A stretch of DNA of 64,000 nucleotides, from positions 7,192,001 through 7,256,000 of the forward strand of contig JAWMAR010000045.1 in NCBI GenBank assembly GCA_036785375.1, given 5' to 3'. Both the position numbers and the translations under genes were made by a program. Below are positions 1 to 12,800 of the stretch, piece after piece; within the stretch, counting starts at the first letter, position 1; each line of letters begins with the position of its first letter. The stretch is from Leucoraja ocellata. Its lineage: Eukaryota. A model generated the notes under the pieces. The model had not been told where the DNA came from, ran no database searches, and was given only the letters and a program-made list of their open reading frames with translations.

Positions 1-236
1 CCTCCTAGCATCCTCCTCACAGCTAACACTGCCCCCCCCAGCTTCGTGTCATCTCCAAACTTGGAGATGTTGCATTCAATTCCCTCGTCCAAATCATTAA
101 TATTTATTGTAAATAGCTGGGTTCCCAGCACTGAACCTTGCGGTACCCCACTAGTCACTGCCTGCCATTCTGAAAAGGACCTGTTAACTCCTACTGTTTG
201 CTTCCTGTCTGCCAGCCAGTTCTCTATCCACATATC
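1..236 (-). mobile_element. CR1-clade LINE reverse-transcriptase fragment
   Basis: Minus strand encodes [63 protein letters not shown], containing the CR1 RT motifs PQGSVLG and F.DD. Confidence 0.9.
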
Positions 237-735
237 CATCTACACTTAACGCTGCTTCAGGAGAGCAGCCAACAAAATCAAGGATACTTTTACTCGTCGA
301 GGTGATCCCTTTTTCTCCCGTCGGGCAGAAAATAGAAATGCTTGAAAGCACTTTCAAGAACAGCATTTTCCTCACCGTTTTCAGACTCTTGAACGGACCT
401 CTCATATGCTAAGGATGAATTACAAACTTCTAATCTGTCTCATTGTAGTTCTTCCATTTTGTTATCTGTAACTGTAACAATATATTCTGCATTTTTAATT
501 TTCATTGTTGCATGTGTTCATGTATGGTGCAATTGGACGTGTTGCTTATATTGTGTGGAACGTACCTTGAAGAGGTGGCTGCATCTCACTATGAAACTGA
601 CTAGGTAAGTACTCGGAGTAGCTTTATGCAAGGAAACCTAACATTGCACTACCTGACATTAGCAGGTATGGTATGATTTGCCTGGCTAGCATGCAATAAC
701 AATTTTCACTGTATCTCAGTACACATGACAATGTC
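236..735 (+). mobile_element. Degenerate Rex1/Babar-type LINE 3' end
   Basis: Degenerate ...PSGR..(F)KNS.F..V.RLLN C-terminus near 250-400, and 3' tail TTTTCACTGTATCTCAGTACACATGACAAT near 702-732. Confidence 0.6.
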
Positions 736-789
736 AGTACCATCAGCTGGTTGGAAGTCAAGTTGTCTGACTTAGTAGTTATTTTTTAG

Positions 790-1500
790 TGGGATCTTTG
801 GATCTTAAAACATTGCCAAAACATTTCAGAGCCAAGTGGATATCAGCAAAAATCCAGTAGTTGTTTGCCTTTGTGGTGATGTGACTGATCTGGTCATGCC
901 CACAATCTGTTACTCAGACAACATAGTAATATAGCAGGTGCCTATCAATGCACATTGCACGAGGCCTTGTATTTTTTCTGGTGAAATCCCAGTGAAACAA
1001 GTCAGTCTTCAAAGTATTTCGTCAGGGGCAGAACATACTCCTTCCTTGCCAATCGCACATTTCCAGAGTTTCCTTTCTGACTTCTGAAATTGTCAGTGAA
1101 ACCATTAGACTCCTGCAGGGGCTCAGGCCAGAATTCAAGGTCAGAGTGCAATTCCCCTTTGGCCTTGTGCATTGCTTTCAGGTTTGGAGCATATGCACTA
1201 ATTGCTGCAGCATGCTGCTTCCACTTTAGTATGAGCTGGAGGATCATGACGCATTCTAATAAGCAACCAGTGGAAATCGCTGAGGCAACAGACTAGTTCA
1301 TTCTGATAGCGGAACCCTCAGGATGAAGCTGCCGTTTTAGCTGGATATGTCCTACCACTCACTTGTGTAGCAGCATCAATGTCAGCATTCACGGGAGATG
1401 ATGACAAAGGAATTTCAGATCTGATGCTGCTGGCATTCTCTACTAGGATCCTGACTTTCCAGGTCTCAACCTTTGTTTGAGTCTAGGGTCTAGACATTGG
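790..1500 (-). mobile_element. Old RTE-clade LINE endonuclease remnant
   Basis: ORF 1002..1247 contains QHAAAISAYAPNL...KGELHSDLE, resembling RTE EN 'HATIISAYAPT...K..FY.DL'. Downstream FHQKKYKAS..HLL resembles 'F.QK.KYKTSW.HPRSKHWHLIDY'. Confidence 0.55.
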
Positions 1501-1589
1501 TGCATGAAATAACTTTAACATGAGGGCGGGCGGCTATTGGTGTCCAGGATGATTGGAGCCCTTGAAGGTCATGCTTTTTAGCATAGATC

Positions 1590-1770
1590 AATACACATAG
1601 ATAAGCATGCAAAGATGCACACTGAGTGGGCAGAGGCGAACTGACTCCGCATGTGTACACACACTGAGCGCGCTGACTCAGAGTGCGTACGCACACAGCG
1701 CATGCAGAAACAGCACAAGCACACACACGGCACACACATAGCGCATGCACACATATTCACTCCAACACAC
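1590..1770. repeat. Degenerate (CA)/(GCAC)-rich low-complexity tract
   Basis: Runs such as gcacacacacggcacacacatagcgcatgcacac. Confidence 0.7.
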
Positions 1771-2385
1771 TCTTGTTCTCTTCCATGGCCCTTCTCCCTT
1801 ATTATTGGGGAGTTGGAATACGTTGCATTGTTTGGACAACTGATGTGGACAGATTTGTCATACAGAAGCAGAAACATGCTCAATGGGAGCAATAATAAGT
1901 GAAGGCAAAGTCGAGAGCTTTGAGATGTGAAAACACCAACTAGCTACGAGTAGTCATTACAATAGAAGGCTATTTTCTGGGGACTTAATCGGGGATGACA
2001 CTGAATCAAAGAAACTGAAAGACGTGTCACTTAATTGATGCCTGAAGAGTAGGGACCAACTATAAATAAAATTGCAATGGCAATAATAGTGAACATAGCA
2101 AACTACCTCACAGGAGCATGGGTAAACAAAAATTGCTAACCGCCACACAGCGCTAACCAAGGCAGCTGCATGTGTAGATATTACAGAATATTTTAAAAGA
2201 AGAAAATTAGACAGCTTGACAGGTTTAGGAAAGGAATTTTAGAGTTTGGTCCCTTACCAGTTAAAGGCACAACTATCATTCGAGCAATAACATTCAGGGA
2301 TTATAGCTGGAGGAATAAAGACATCATTAAAAGCTATAGGATGAATGGTCAGAAATAAGGTGGGATGAAGGCCAGAGCAACATAC

Positions 2386-2660
2386 GTTCAGAAGGGTCTC
2401 GACCCGAAACTGTAATTCTGTAATTTCCTGTAAAGGATTATTAAAGGTTATTCAATTGTGTTTTTGATTTTTTGTCTTTGGAACGATTTCTGTCTTTAAT
2501 TTGTGTATTGGTGATGTCCTTATTATTTATTTTACTCCGACTATGTTTTTTCTCTCTTGTTAATCTCTGTAAGGTGTCCTTGAGACTTTGAAAGGCGCCC
2601 GCAAATAAAATTTATTACTATTATTATTATTAAATTAGCATCTGCAGTTCGTTCCTACAT
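2386..2660 (+). mobile_element. Penelope-derived hammerhead repeat, interrupted by a LINE 3' tail (2411-2631)
   Basis: AGAAGGGTCTCGACCCGAAAC (2390-2410) and the family end AGCATCTGCAGTTCGTTCCTACA (2637-2659) flank an unrelated segment that ends GTAAGGTGTCCTTGAG..GAAAGGCGCC..AATAAAA(TTA)n. Confidence 0.65.
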
Positions 2661-2787
2661 GTTCAGGAGCGTTGGGGATCAGGGTGTGGTGCAAAAGGAT
2701 ACAGGCAACAGAGATTTGGATGAACATATATACAAATGTTAGAAGGAGGAAGTCTGTTCAACAGTGCAGTAAAACTTCGATAACCCC

Positions 2788-2879
2788 AGACACAAAATGC
2801 TGGAGTAACTCAGCGCGTCAGGCAGCATCTCTGGAGAGAAGGAATGGGTGACATTTCGGGTCGAAACCCTTCGTCAGAC
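2788..2879 (-). mobile_element. Penelope-derived short repeat with minimal hammerhead core (core 2850-2877)
   Basis: Minus strand reads CTGACGA-A-GGGT TTCG ACCC-GAAA-TGTC, followed by the family body ACCCATTCCTTCTCTCCAGAGATGCTGCC..GAGTTACTCCAGCATTTTGTGTCT. Confidence 0.8.
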
Positions 2880-5800
2880 AATAACCTCATATTTTATTGT
2901 TTGCAAATCCTGATGGTTTGGCATCCAGTTCCGATAGGATGAATGTCCTATTTTTTTCTTCTAAACTCACCCGTCTCAGCCTCCTGCTCTCAATATCCCG
3001 TATACCAATGAAAAAAAGTTAAATAAAAAAGTGTGTTGGGGTATTAACATGAGTAACATCGTAGATTATCTGCTAATCTAACACCACTATAGTCCTGCCG
3101 ATACTGGATAGTCAGTTTTTATGCACATTATCTAGATTAAGTTGAGGGGTAGCAATATTAAGAATGAGAGGACATATGCTGAATGGTGGAAATAAGTGGT
3201 CTTAGTTATGATCACACATGCTCTGAAAATCTACCCTGGTGTCAATCATGACCACAGGGCTGAGAAAAGCCTGGTTTGGTTTTGAATAAAAGTTTGGTTT
3301 CTCTGGAAGAGAAGAAAGGAAGCAAGTGGCAGTCACAACAATCTTAAGTGTTAATTATTGTTGAAAAATTAAAGTTAAAACTTCCTTTATTCTTCAATAA
3401 TATTTCTGATAACAAGATGAGGATTTTTGATGCGATGTAATTCGCATATCACACTGCTCAGTTGCTGGATTAAAGGTTCAGTTCCCTAAATCAGAGCTAA
3501 GAGTTTTTATTTGCAAGGCTTATTGTGCTGATTAATGTTAAGGATAACTGCATTTGAAGAATGAAAAAAACTTTGATATCCAATGTTGGTATGATATGCT
3601 GCAAAGTCAGGTGGAGCTTATAACTCATTTTCCCGGCTTCCCTTTCTATTCCACTTTCCAAATCATCTTTATGGCGTTTCTGAATGAGTCTGTGATTTGT
3701 TGCTGCCAATTTCACAACTAATGGGAACTGGACCTACTCTGACAAATACTACTCTAAGTAAAACTGCCGCAGCTAACAAGGAAAGTAAATATTTAATTTA
3801 AATTGGATTCTAATCTAGGGACTGGATATACAAGGGTCTGTTCACACAGCTGGTGGTCACAAGTGAGCATACTAGTTTCTTTAAAAGAAAGGTTCACAGT
3901 GATTTATACCACAGCAAACATTAACCTTGGTCCTCTAAGTTTCAAATAATATTGTGCCAATTAATTTTAGTCCAGCTATGTATGGTTCAGTTCCATTCTA
4001 GTCACATTAATTTCTTATCATATAAGACCAAAGAATGATACTCAATCGGATACTAGACATAATATTATACAGATAATACACAATATGGTTTATGCTCATC
4101 CTTTCTGCCAGGTGTCAATCCATGCTGAGACAAGACTTACTCGTTCAAACTGTACAATAAGACATTCTGCCTGTTCTTGAAGAATTAAAGCTGTATTTCA
4201 AGAGCACAGACCTCAGAATAACTGGGGTACAGAGTCCTATTCAAGAAAGCCTGACAAGAGGGGGTGACTGATTAGACTTCATTCACATCTCAGATGCCAA
4301 GGTAGTTAAGGCAAAATTGTGTTTCAGGACACCTGCTGGCTGGGAAATAAGTGAAAAGTAACACTTACTCATTTACGGGGATTCCTCCCTGTGTATTCAG
4401 AAAATAAACAACTTGCTGAGAGATAGATTGGCTTCTAGTCACTAGACTAACAGCAGCAGGATCTGTGGTGCCAAGGATCAGCAGGCAACCACCAAGGAGA
4501 AGCAAGCCAAATGAAAGTCAGACAACTGCTTTAGCCAGACAATACATGATGTGTCAAGGAAAACAAAACAGTTCAAAATTTCTCCTTCAATAGCTTGAGG
4601 AGCAAAAAAAAGCCAAAAGATATTGAGGTGCAAATTACTATTATAGCAGTGCAGGAGACAAACAGATATTTTGCTCAGGTTGTGGAGGACTATAAATATA
4701 TTTACATGCAAAGACACATGCTTTAAGGATTTGGACTTCTAAATGTATTTAATATTGGTAATGGAATGTCTGAAGTATCTGTACTAAAGGTATTTCAAAC
4801 TACTTTATTAAACATGATTCCTCACCCACACAGATATCACCGCCTTTATCTTTAATTGCTGCACCCATTCACTATTGGGTAACAGAGTATAGTTTTTTTA
4901 GTAAGCTATCAAGTTATTACAAGCCAAATACATTCTTCTGAATAATATTCTTTCATATACTTCCTTGTTTGATGGTATTGGAAAACTATTTTCTGTAAGA
5001 GTTTGCATTAACAGCAAAGCCAAAGCATATTTCCAACTCGTCCCAGGGTTAACTCTCTCCTTACTGCAACTATTCTTCTGTCTATTCTTGGCAAAACATC
5101 AAATATACTACTACTTGCTCTAATTGAAGGTTTTCTTTTAGTTAAGGTGGAGCGATCAGAGTTTTTCTTTTGTCAGCTTTCTGCTGTTAAATATTTCCAA
5201 TCTGCTTTAGATCTTAACCCCAAGAGGAAGAATTCCATCCTTTTGGTACAATGGCTACTGTGACTAGGTGGGGTACATAACGGATGAATCCCAGATGGAC
5301 AGAGTAGCAGGAGAACATAGAAGCCTAGAAACATACACCACTGACAGGAAGAAACATTTCAGCGGCAAAAAAATATACTAAATGATCAAAGAAAGGGAAT
5401 GTGTCTTTAATTTACCTTTAACTCAATCTCAACTGAACTGCACCCTAAAAGATCAAGGTGGGATTTTCTTTCCATTAAGGTGTTTCCATGCTAGCTCTCT
5501 AGGATGCCCTTTGCTCTTTTGTAATACGTTACAGATTGTTTCAGTCTTCCATTCAAAAGGCTGGTCACAGCCATCCTCTAGAGTCTTGTTTATTGTTTAC
5601 ATTGATAATCACCACTACTCTGATGGCATGTGAAAGGGCTTCTGTCAGAGCCAGAAAATTTAGTTTTTGTTTGATTGCAACATCCTTGATTGGGGCACAG
5701 TTATTTTGAGAATCACTCTTATATTTCAGAAATGTACATGTTTATTATGTTCCTTTGGATGACATCAGTGCCTAGCAGCTCAAAAACATTGAAACGTTTA

Positions 5801-6617
5801 CACAATTAATTATTTGTCAAACAATATGTTTATTGGGAGTGAACGGTGAGCTGGGAATTAGTCCTTTGTACAGTGAAGCCAGGTGGCCATTTTAAGCAGG
5901 TTCTTGTGAGTTAAGCCATTGTTGAACAAAAAGAAAATACTAATTCAATTCAAATGAACTTCTGATGTGACAGTGCCCCCAACCACAGTAAAGGAGTAAT
6001 TCTCATATCGATCTGATCAAAATGCCTGTTTGGCAGAATCCAACCTGGTGCTAAACTCCACGTCCACTTTCAGTTTTGTTTAATATGTTTGAACTGGGAA
6101 AGAGCTGTATGAAAACCATATTCACTAATCTCTGTGAAAACTGTCACAGAGTTGTAGTCTTGCTCCTTGATCTCATGGTTCCAGTTTAAATGCAGAAACA
6201 CAAGCTTGACAGGTGTAATAAGGAAGAAAGTCTTCAAAAAAAGCACTTGATTCTCTTGCCCATGCTTCTTTAAACAAGCACAGTCATTCCTTTAAGGTTG
6301 ATCTATTTCTCAGCTTATTTCATGCAAGCCCGTAGCACTATACAAATGGAAACTATTTTAACTTTGAACTTGTCCTCACACAGCACCATCCTGAAATACT
6401 GCAGAGGAACTTTGCTCTGAAGCTTCTTTAGGTTTAACATGTTGTATAAAGGGTCAAAGCCTTCATTGTTAAGTTCTACACTCTATGAGACTAGTACACT
6501 AATTTTTTTAAGTTTGAATGGGTAATTTGTTGCCACGTCTATTCATGATGTTGAGCAGTGATAGACATCAACTAATTAACTAAATAGGTGAATTATTTGC
6601 CATTACAGTTGTAGAAA

Positions 6618-6921
6618 GGAGCAGCACGGTGGTGCAGCGGTAGAGTTGCTGCCTTGCATCACCAGTGTCCAGGGTTCGATCCCGACTATGGGTGGTGTCT
6701 GTACGGAGTTTGTACGTTCTCCCTGTGACCTGCGCATGTTTTCTCCGAGATCTTCGGTGTCCACCCACACTCCAAAGACGTACAGGTTTGTAGGTTCATT
6801 GGCTTGGTACAAATGTAAATTGTCCCTAGTGTGTGTAGGGTAGTGTTAGTGTGTGGGGATCGCTGGTCGACGCAGACTCGAAGGGCTTGTTTCCGCACCA
6901 TATCTCTAAACTAAAACTAAA
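6618..6921 (+). mobile_element. tRNA-derived V-SINE (HE1-like), near full length
   Basis: Box A TGGTGCAGCGG, box B GGTTCGATCCC, V-domain-like GGAGTTTGTACGTTCTCCC...CCCACACTCCAAAGAC, CR1-like tail CGAAGGGCTTGTTTCC and (CTAAA)n end. Confidence 0.85.
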
Positions 6922-7686
6922 TTTAATTTAGGATCAACACATATGTTCACCTGGTTGGTAAGGCCATGAACTGTTGTCGAGAGTACAAAGCTGCAGGTGA
7001 TCAACAATCTTGTTGTGCTATTTTCAATAGTGTGTAGGAAATAGAACAAGTTTACTATAACCTATGCTGATTGTAATAATGCCCTCCATTGTTCTGCTTT
7101 TGTTAGCTGGGGTCCAAGTAAGGTTTGTTGCCTCTGGCATAAATGAAGAACCAAAAAACTTCTGAAAACACAGAACATCAGCCACCACTGTTGGAACCAA
7201 TATGTGAGCATATACCAATGGTGTAAGTTGAGCCTGGATATCCTTAGGCAATTCTGCTTAATCCTCAGTTAGTATTTCTTTCATATAAGCATGCAAACTC
7301 CCTCCACAAAACAGCAGCTAATGGCTGTAACCTGCAAAACCTGGTAAAGAACTGAAATACAGCACCATCCTGTTAATGGTTTGGGTTCAAAAGAGCATTG
7401 CGATGTCAATTCCAAGCACAATTTTCACAACTTACATCTTACCAGCTGCATTTGCCATCAAATGCCAGCCAGAATTAGAGCCCAGTGAATCTAACTGCTT
7501 TATCATAAGCCACAAAGAAAATGGGAACTCTGATGTTATTAAAATAAAATAAAGACCTACATTCCATGATTTCAAGTGCAACGTCTGGCGATGGAACATT
7601 GTAAGCACTATCCAGTACATTTTTAAACATAAAGGCATTTTTAAGTGCCTATCTCTGTACCCAAATTTTATTAAGGCCAAAAGTCG

Positions 7687-7776
7687 ACACAAAATGCTGG
7701 AGTAACTCAGCAGGACAGGCAGCATCTCTGGAGAGAAGGAATGGGTGACGTTTCGGGTCGAGGGCCTTCTTCAGAA
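7687..7776 (-). mobile_element. Penelope-derived short repeat with hammerhead core (core 7747-7774)
   Basis: Minus strand CTGAAGAAGGCCCTCGACCCGAAACGTC plus family body. Stem II is partly mismatched. Confidence 0.8.
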
Positions 7777-8094
7777 CTTTATTAAGATCTTTATTAAGTT
7801 CTCTATCCACAATTCTTGCCACGGACGGGTTAAGGTAAACTGATCTCTTACCACAAACTGGAGCACTCTGGATTACTTGTATGCAACCCAAACTGTCGAA
7901 GATCTAATTTTCATTGGAAGTGGTTGTAAACACGAGTCTTTGACACCACCACCTGACAGCAATTAACTGGGAGGCCAAACTATGAAACGTCTCTTTGTCT
8001 ATTAGCACGCAACCCCTAGGATGCAGTTTTAACGTTGTGCTCATCAGAACTTAATAACAATAGGAATTTATTTCTACATGCTTTTCGGAATTAT

Positions 8095-8490
8095 TCCCAT
8101 CTATTAAAATCATTGAATGTACCCCTTCACACATCACAAACATGGGTTCCTCTTTTAAAATTCTTCATCTTACTTTCAAACTCTCAAAGGTCTTGTTCCC
8201 TGGTTTCCTTGAAGTCCATCCGCCTTACGCCCTCATATCCTTGATCATCTCAGATCTGGTTATTCCATGTCTTCAGCTGTCAAGATCCTGAACTACAATA
8301 CCTCCTCGAAAATCCACCACCTCTCTTTCCTCCTTTAAATCACTTTTGATAACATACTAAATAATCAAGCTGTCGTCATCTTCCCTTATGGTTCCCCTTG
8401 TGATCCATGTTAAATTTTGATTGTTAACACTCCTGTGAAGTACTTTGGAGTGTGTCGCTTTATTGAAACTTGCCTTGTAAATATTATAAA
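8095..8490 (+). mobile_element. Old L2-clade LINE 3' end
   Basis: TTTAAAATTCTTCATCTTACTTTCAAACTCTC resembles the L2 ORF2 'FKILILVFKSL' region. Ends with an L2-like CTGTGAAGTACTTTGG...TAAAT tail. Confidence 0.55.
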
Positions 8491-8509
8491 TACTCGTAAT
8501 ACCTCTCCC

Positions 8510-8605
8510 ACCTTCTCTGATAATCTCGGACCTGTACCATTAACTGTTTCTCTTTTCTCAGGTGCTGCCTGGCCAGCTGAGTTTTTCCAGCATGTTTTGT
8601 TTTTG
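8510..8605 (+). mobile_element. Older, diverged Penelope-derived repeat
   Basis: TTAACTGTTTCTCTTTTCTCAGGTGCTGCCTGGCCAGCTGAGTTTTTCCAGCA matches the repeat body. The hammerhead core is decayed. Confidence 0.5.
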
Positions 8606-9790
8606 TTATAGCTCATGTAAACAATCCTCACATTTTCAATGTTGAATGGACATTTATAGAACAAGGATCTTTCCCCAAAATTAAATTTCAGCATCTAGTT
8701 GCAATATAACAATCTAATGTAGAAGACTTTCTGGGCAATTTTAAACAGAGCGACAAAGGAGGGAGAGGTGGTGGTTTTGGTAAGGATGTTTGTTCATCTT
8801 ACAACAATTATGCTCGTAAAACTCCATACTTATTTTCTATATTTCTTCACATTTTACTAAAGAAATAAAATATGATATAATGCACATACATGAAATGGGA
8901 TCTCAATCGGGACTTTTTTCCACTGGTGATTAATAGCTTTTCAGGGAAGATTTATATGAATAATTTTTCCTACATTTAATTTAATCAAACAAGGGGAGTG
9001 CCGTATGGAGCAGTGCAGCCTACACTGATTCTTATTTTGTTCGCCGACTGTTCAGCAAAGATAAAGTCTTCAAAGCGACATCATTAAAATGCAATATTTT
9101 TAAGAGCTATTAACTGAGTTATTACCCAAAGAGATAAGAACATAAAGCATGACATATTATACCAACTCAATAAAAACATAATACCCAACAGAAAAATAAG
9201 GAGCTTGAATTCAGAAACAGCATTAACTGCAAGAGAGTTATGGCATTGCCACCATAAGATTGTTTTTTTTCCTGAATTTTAAAGCACAATATTATACGGT
9301 AATACAAATCAGAACAAAATATTTTCCAGCACTTGAGAGTTGCAGAATACTAAATATACTAAATGTGGAGAGAAGGTGGCATAATTAAATCAATTTAACT
9401 CTTCCAAAGAAATTGATGTAGCTTGATGATTGATGATGCTTCCCAATTGGTCCAGATTCAGTCGGTAGATTAGTGACATTTTCATTTCTCTATTCAGAAG
9501 GAACATTTTTTAAGCAAGTTACCCAGGTGTTGTATGCCCACTGACAGACATGGTTCATTTCTAAGACATTCCATATCTGCCAACCCCCTTCACCAGCCTA
9601 TCAGCAGAAATAGGCCATTTATTCCAAAAAAATAGCTAAGTGTGAATTTGTTTTAGCTTGAAGCAATTAGGAGTACTTCCTAAATGGGACATGGTATAGA
9701 ATGTTACGAAGAGTTTCAAAGTAACAGGACAACAAGAAAGCAACAAGAGTTTAATTCAACTTCTGAATTCCTCACATTGTGCAGATAGCT

Positions 9791-9854
9791 TGTGCATTCA
9801 TGCTGTCTTTGAAGGCTACAAAATGTGCATTCATGCTGTCTTTGAAGGCTACAA
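9791..9854. repeat. Tandem direct duplication (31-bp identical copies, 33-bp period)
   Basis: TGTGCATTCATGCTGTCTTTGAAGGCTACAA at 9791 and again at 9824. Confidence 0.95.
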
Positions 9855-12800
9855 CATATTCTTAAGACGGTTTATAAATTATAAAATGGAGCGGAATTCC
9901 GCCATGTTACTGCAAATCTTATGAACATACTTGCAGATATCCAACAGCTGTGACCAAACTCGAATGGATCATGATGGAAATCTCCGTACACCTACTTCCT
10001 CAACTCTCAGTCAAAGTTGGTCGAAAACTCTGTTAATAATAAAAACCTTGCTTGCGATTTGGATGACTATTTGTTCATCTCTTTCCCCGAATCATTCTCT
10101 ACGTTAATGCGGAGCTACTTTATTTTGAGATACAACAGCCGAGCAATGACAGCAGCATCCTATCTTTCCTTAAGAAAAGCAAAAACCTAGCCTGGGCAGC
10201 GAGACAAAGGACAGGAAATTGACCCTCTCCTCTTCAAATTGATATTTAGGTCTCCCTTATAACTACGATCCATTACAAAAATAAGAATATAAATCAATAA
10301 ATGTGACCGAGGCCATTGCTACAAATATCCAGGAGTTTTTCTCATATTTAATGACATTTTAATACTTCACATACTCATCTACAATTAATATTCTTTATGA
10401 CAACATAAATTAAATTTGTAATATGATTCCAAAACAAACAGATTCGACTCATTGGCTATTATTAGCTCATATTATTGTATTACAAAATCTTTTCAATCTA
10501 TACTTTTTTCTTAAAACCTGTTTTGTTTTTTTTAAATGCTCTTCATTATAAAAAAAAGTGCTCCATCAAGCTTTCGAGGCTGATCCACATATCAGATGCT
10601 ACAATTTCCATAAGATCATACAATTCAGAGTAATTTTTTCAACAATTCTGTGACAATTGAATGCATTTATCCTTCCATGCCTTGCTCCACTCCCACCCTG
10701 GATGTGATAAAAGTGCTTTCCAGTCACATTCTGACAACACTAGTCAGACATTTCAAACAGGACCAGTGTTGTGGTTATTAATTTATCCCATATGGTACCC
10801 ACTCCCATTGGAGCTGTTCACCATTTCCTCCAGAGTTCACTTTGATCCAAAGCAAATAGTTATTGAAAAAAAGGACGAATTCAGATTGCAGTTAGTTAGG
10901 AGTCAGTCTCCCTCTTTCTTCCTCACTGGTCCTTCTCTTACAAATCTTAAAGCTACAGAACTGAATCCGGTGAAAAAATGTGGCCCAATTTGCAGCAGGA
11001 GGCTTTTCTCTGACTGAGCAAAATGAAGAGGGAATGTGAAGAGTAATACAAGATAAAGTTATTATTAAATTGCAAGATGGTGAAGGAAATAGCAAACCAA
11101 ACAGATTTGTAAAATATAGCATTTTTCTACTGTCATACATCATAAAAATAATCAGAGCCAATCGGAAAAATCTATTCTGTTAGTATCAAATTATTTCATT
11201 TTACTATAAATTAGCAAAGAAATCACCTATTCTTTGACATGACAAGCCTAGAAAGTAGAATGGAGCTTTTGTACCACATATGAACAAATATCTTTCCTAG
11301 CTAGTCAGTTTAACAAGATTATTGATGCATTTCTTCTGTTTATAATTTCACTTAAAAGTTAAAATTATATTATATGCAAACAGCTGTCTTTACATATAGT
11401 GACCAGCGAAACTTTTACCTCAGTACATTAAATATACCACAAACACTATTAAACGCTTTTGGTCCATATCTATAGGTTGTGAATATTCAAATGACAAAAT
11501 ATTCTGCACTAACCCCAGGCAGTTTCCTTTCTCTGCAACTGACTCTATGCAATTATAAGCTGATAGAAATGGCACCGTACTGAGCAAATAAATTTATTGT
11601 ATCACAATAAACTACACGGTTCAAACATTTCTGCAAATCATTCATTGAAGACAGCTCCCTTTAAGTGCTATTTTCTTCACATTTGTTTCTTGGGGGTGGA
11701 TTTGAACTCCATGGAGATTTCTGCATTTTTTCAATTAAACCACAGATTTTGTGTATTTTATCTTTTCACGGGATAATGTCACGTTATAATTGCCAGTGTT
11801 ATGACATCATGAAAGCAAACTGCTATCATAAATTGTGCTAGCAATGGAATCATTATCTGGTTTAGAGAAAAAGTAGTGGCTTCTATTTCAAAATGATTTT
11901 GGATTCATTCAGGTACATGAGGGATTTAATCCAATTGATTTTTTAAAAAGCTCAAGTAGAAGCGAGTCCCATTAAAAAAAAATATGGCTGCAAGGAGCCA
12001 TTTCTGTGCACTATGTTGGCGCATTCTGTCTCCTCACATCAAGGAAGGACGGAAATTGTAAATTCTGGAAGATAGACTGAAATCACAACTATAGTTGTCT
12101 TCCAGCCAATTTCATTTTGGTGCAAGCCTGATGAAGCTTCATCCCAGCTTCTTGGAAATGCACCAAACTTTGGATCAGCAGTACTAAATAGGATGCTCTA
12201 TTTAAATGTTGGATGCTCTATTTAGAAGTTGTAAGTTTTTCCTTCTTCATTCGTTGAACACCGGAGAATGGAGCATCTCTGCTTCTTCTTCTTTTACCGA
12301 AGGGAGGTTTATATTCCAATGTTCTGTCAGTTAGTGTTACAAATGACCAGCAATGCAGGTAAAGCCTGCTACTATCAATGAACAATGGGAATTATTGATA
12401 TTATCATTTCAACCGAGATCCTCGAGATAATCTTGTGATGATATAAACTATATCCCCAAGCATTTCAGGAGAAAGCCTCAATGTGGGAATCTTAAATTGT
12501 AATTTGAAAGTTTAATGTTATACCTACTGATTTCTTACACAATGTCTGCTTAACTGATTAATAAAAAAATATTGTGACATTGCAGTCTTTTTCTTTGATA
12601 ATTTGATACCAAAATCATATATATCCTGATAAGAGGAAAAGAGTACAGTAATTGTCAGCAAAAACTAAACAGCTCAGTTGCTACTGAACCAAAGTTAGGC
12701 ATCTTTCATTCCAGGCAAATAAGACACAGTTTCTTTAAGGGATCAGAGATTTAACGTGAAGGGAGTCATCTGTCACGTTAAATCTGAATTTTCTCATCAA

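Noticed and set aside
6618-6700. tRNA gene
   Set aside because: The A/B boxes belong to a SINE head that continues into a V-domain and LINE-like tail. No cloverleaf.
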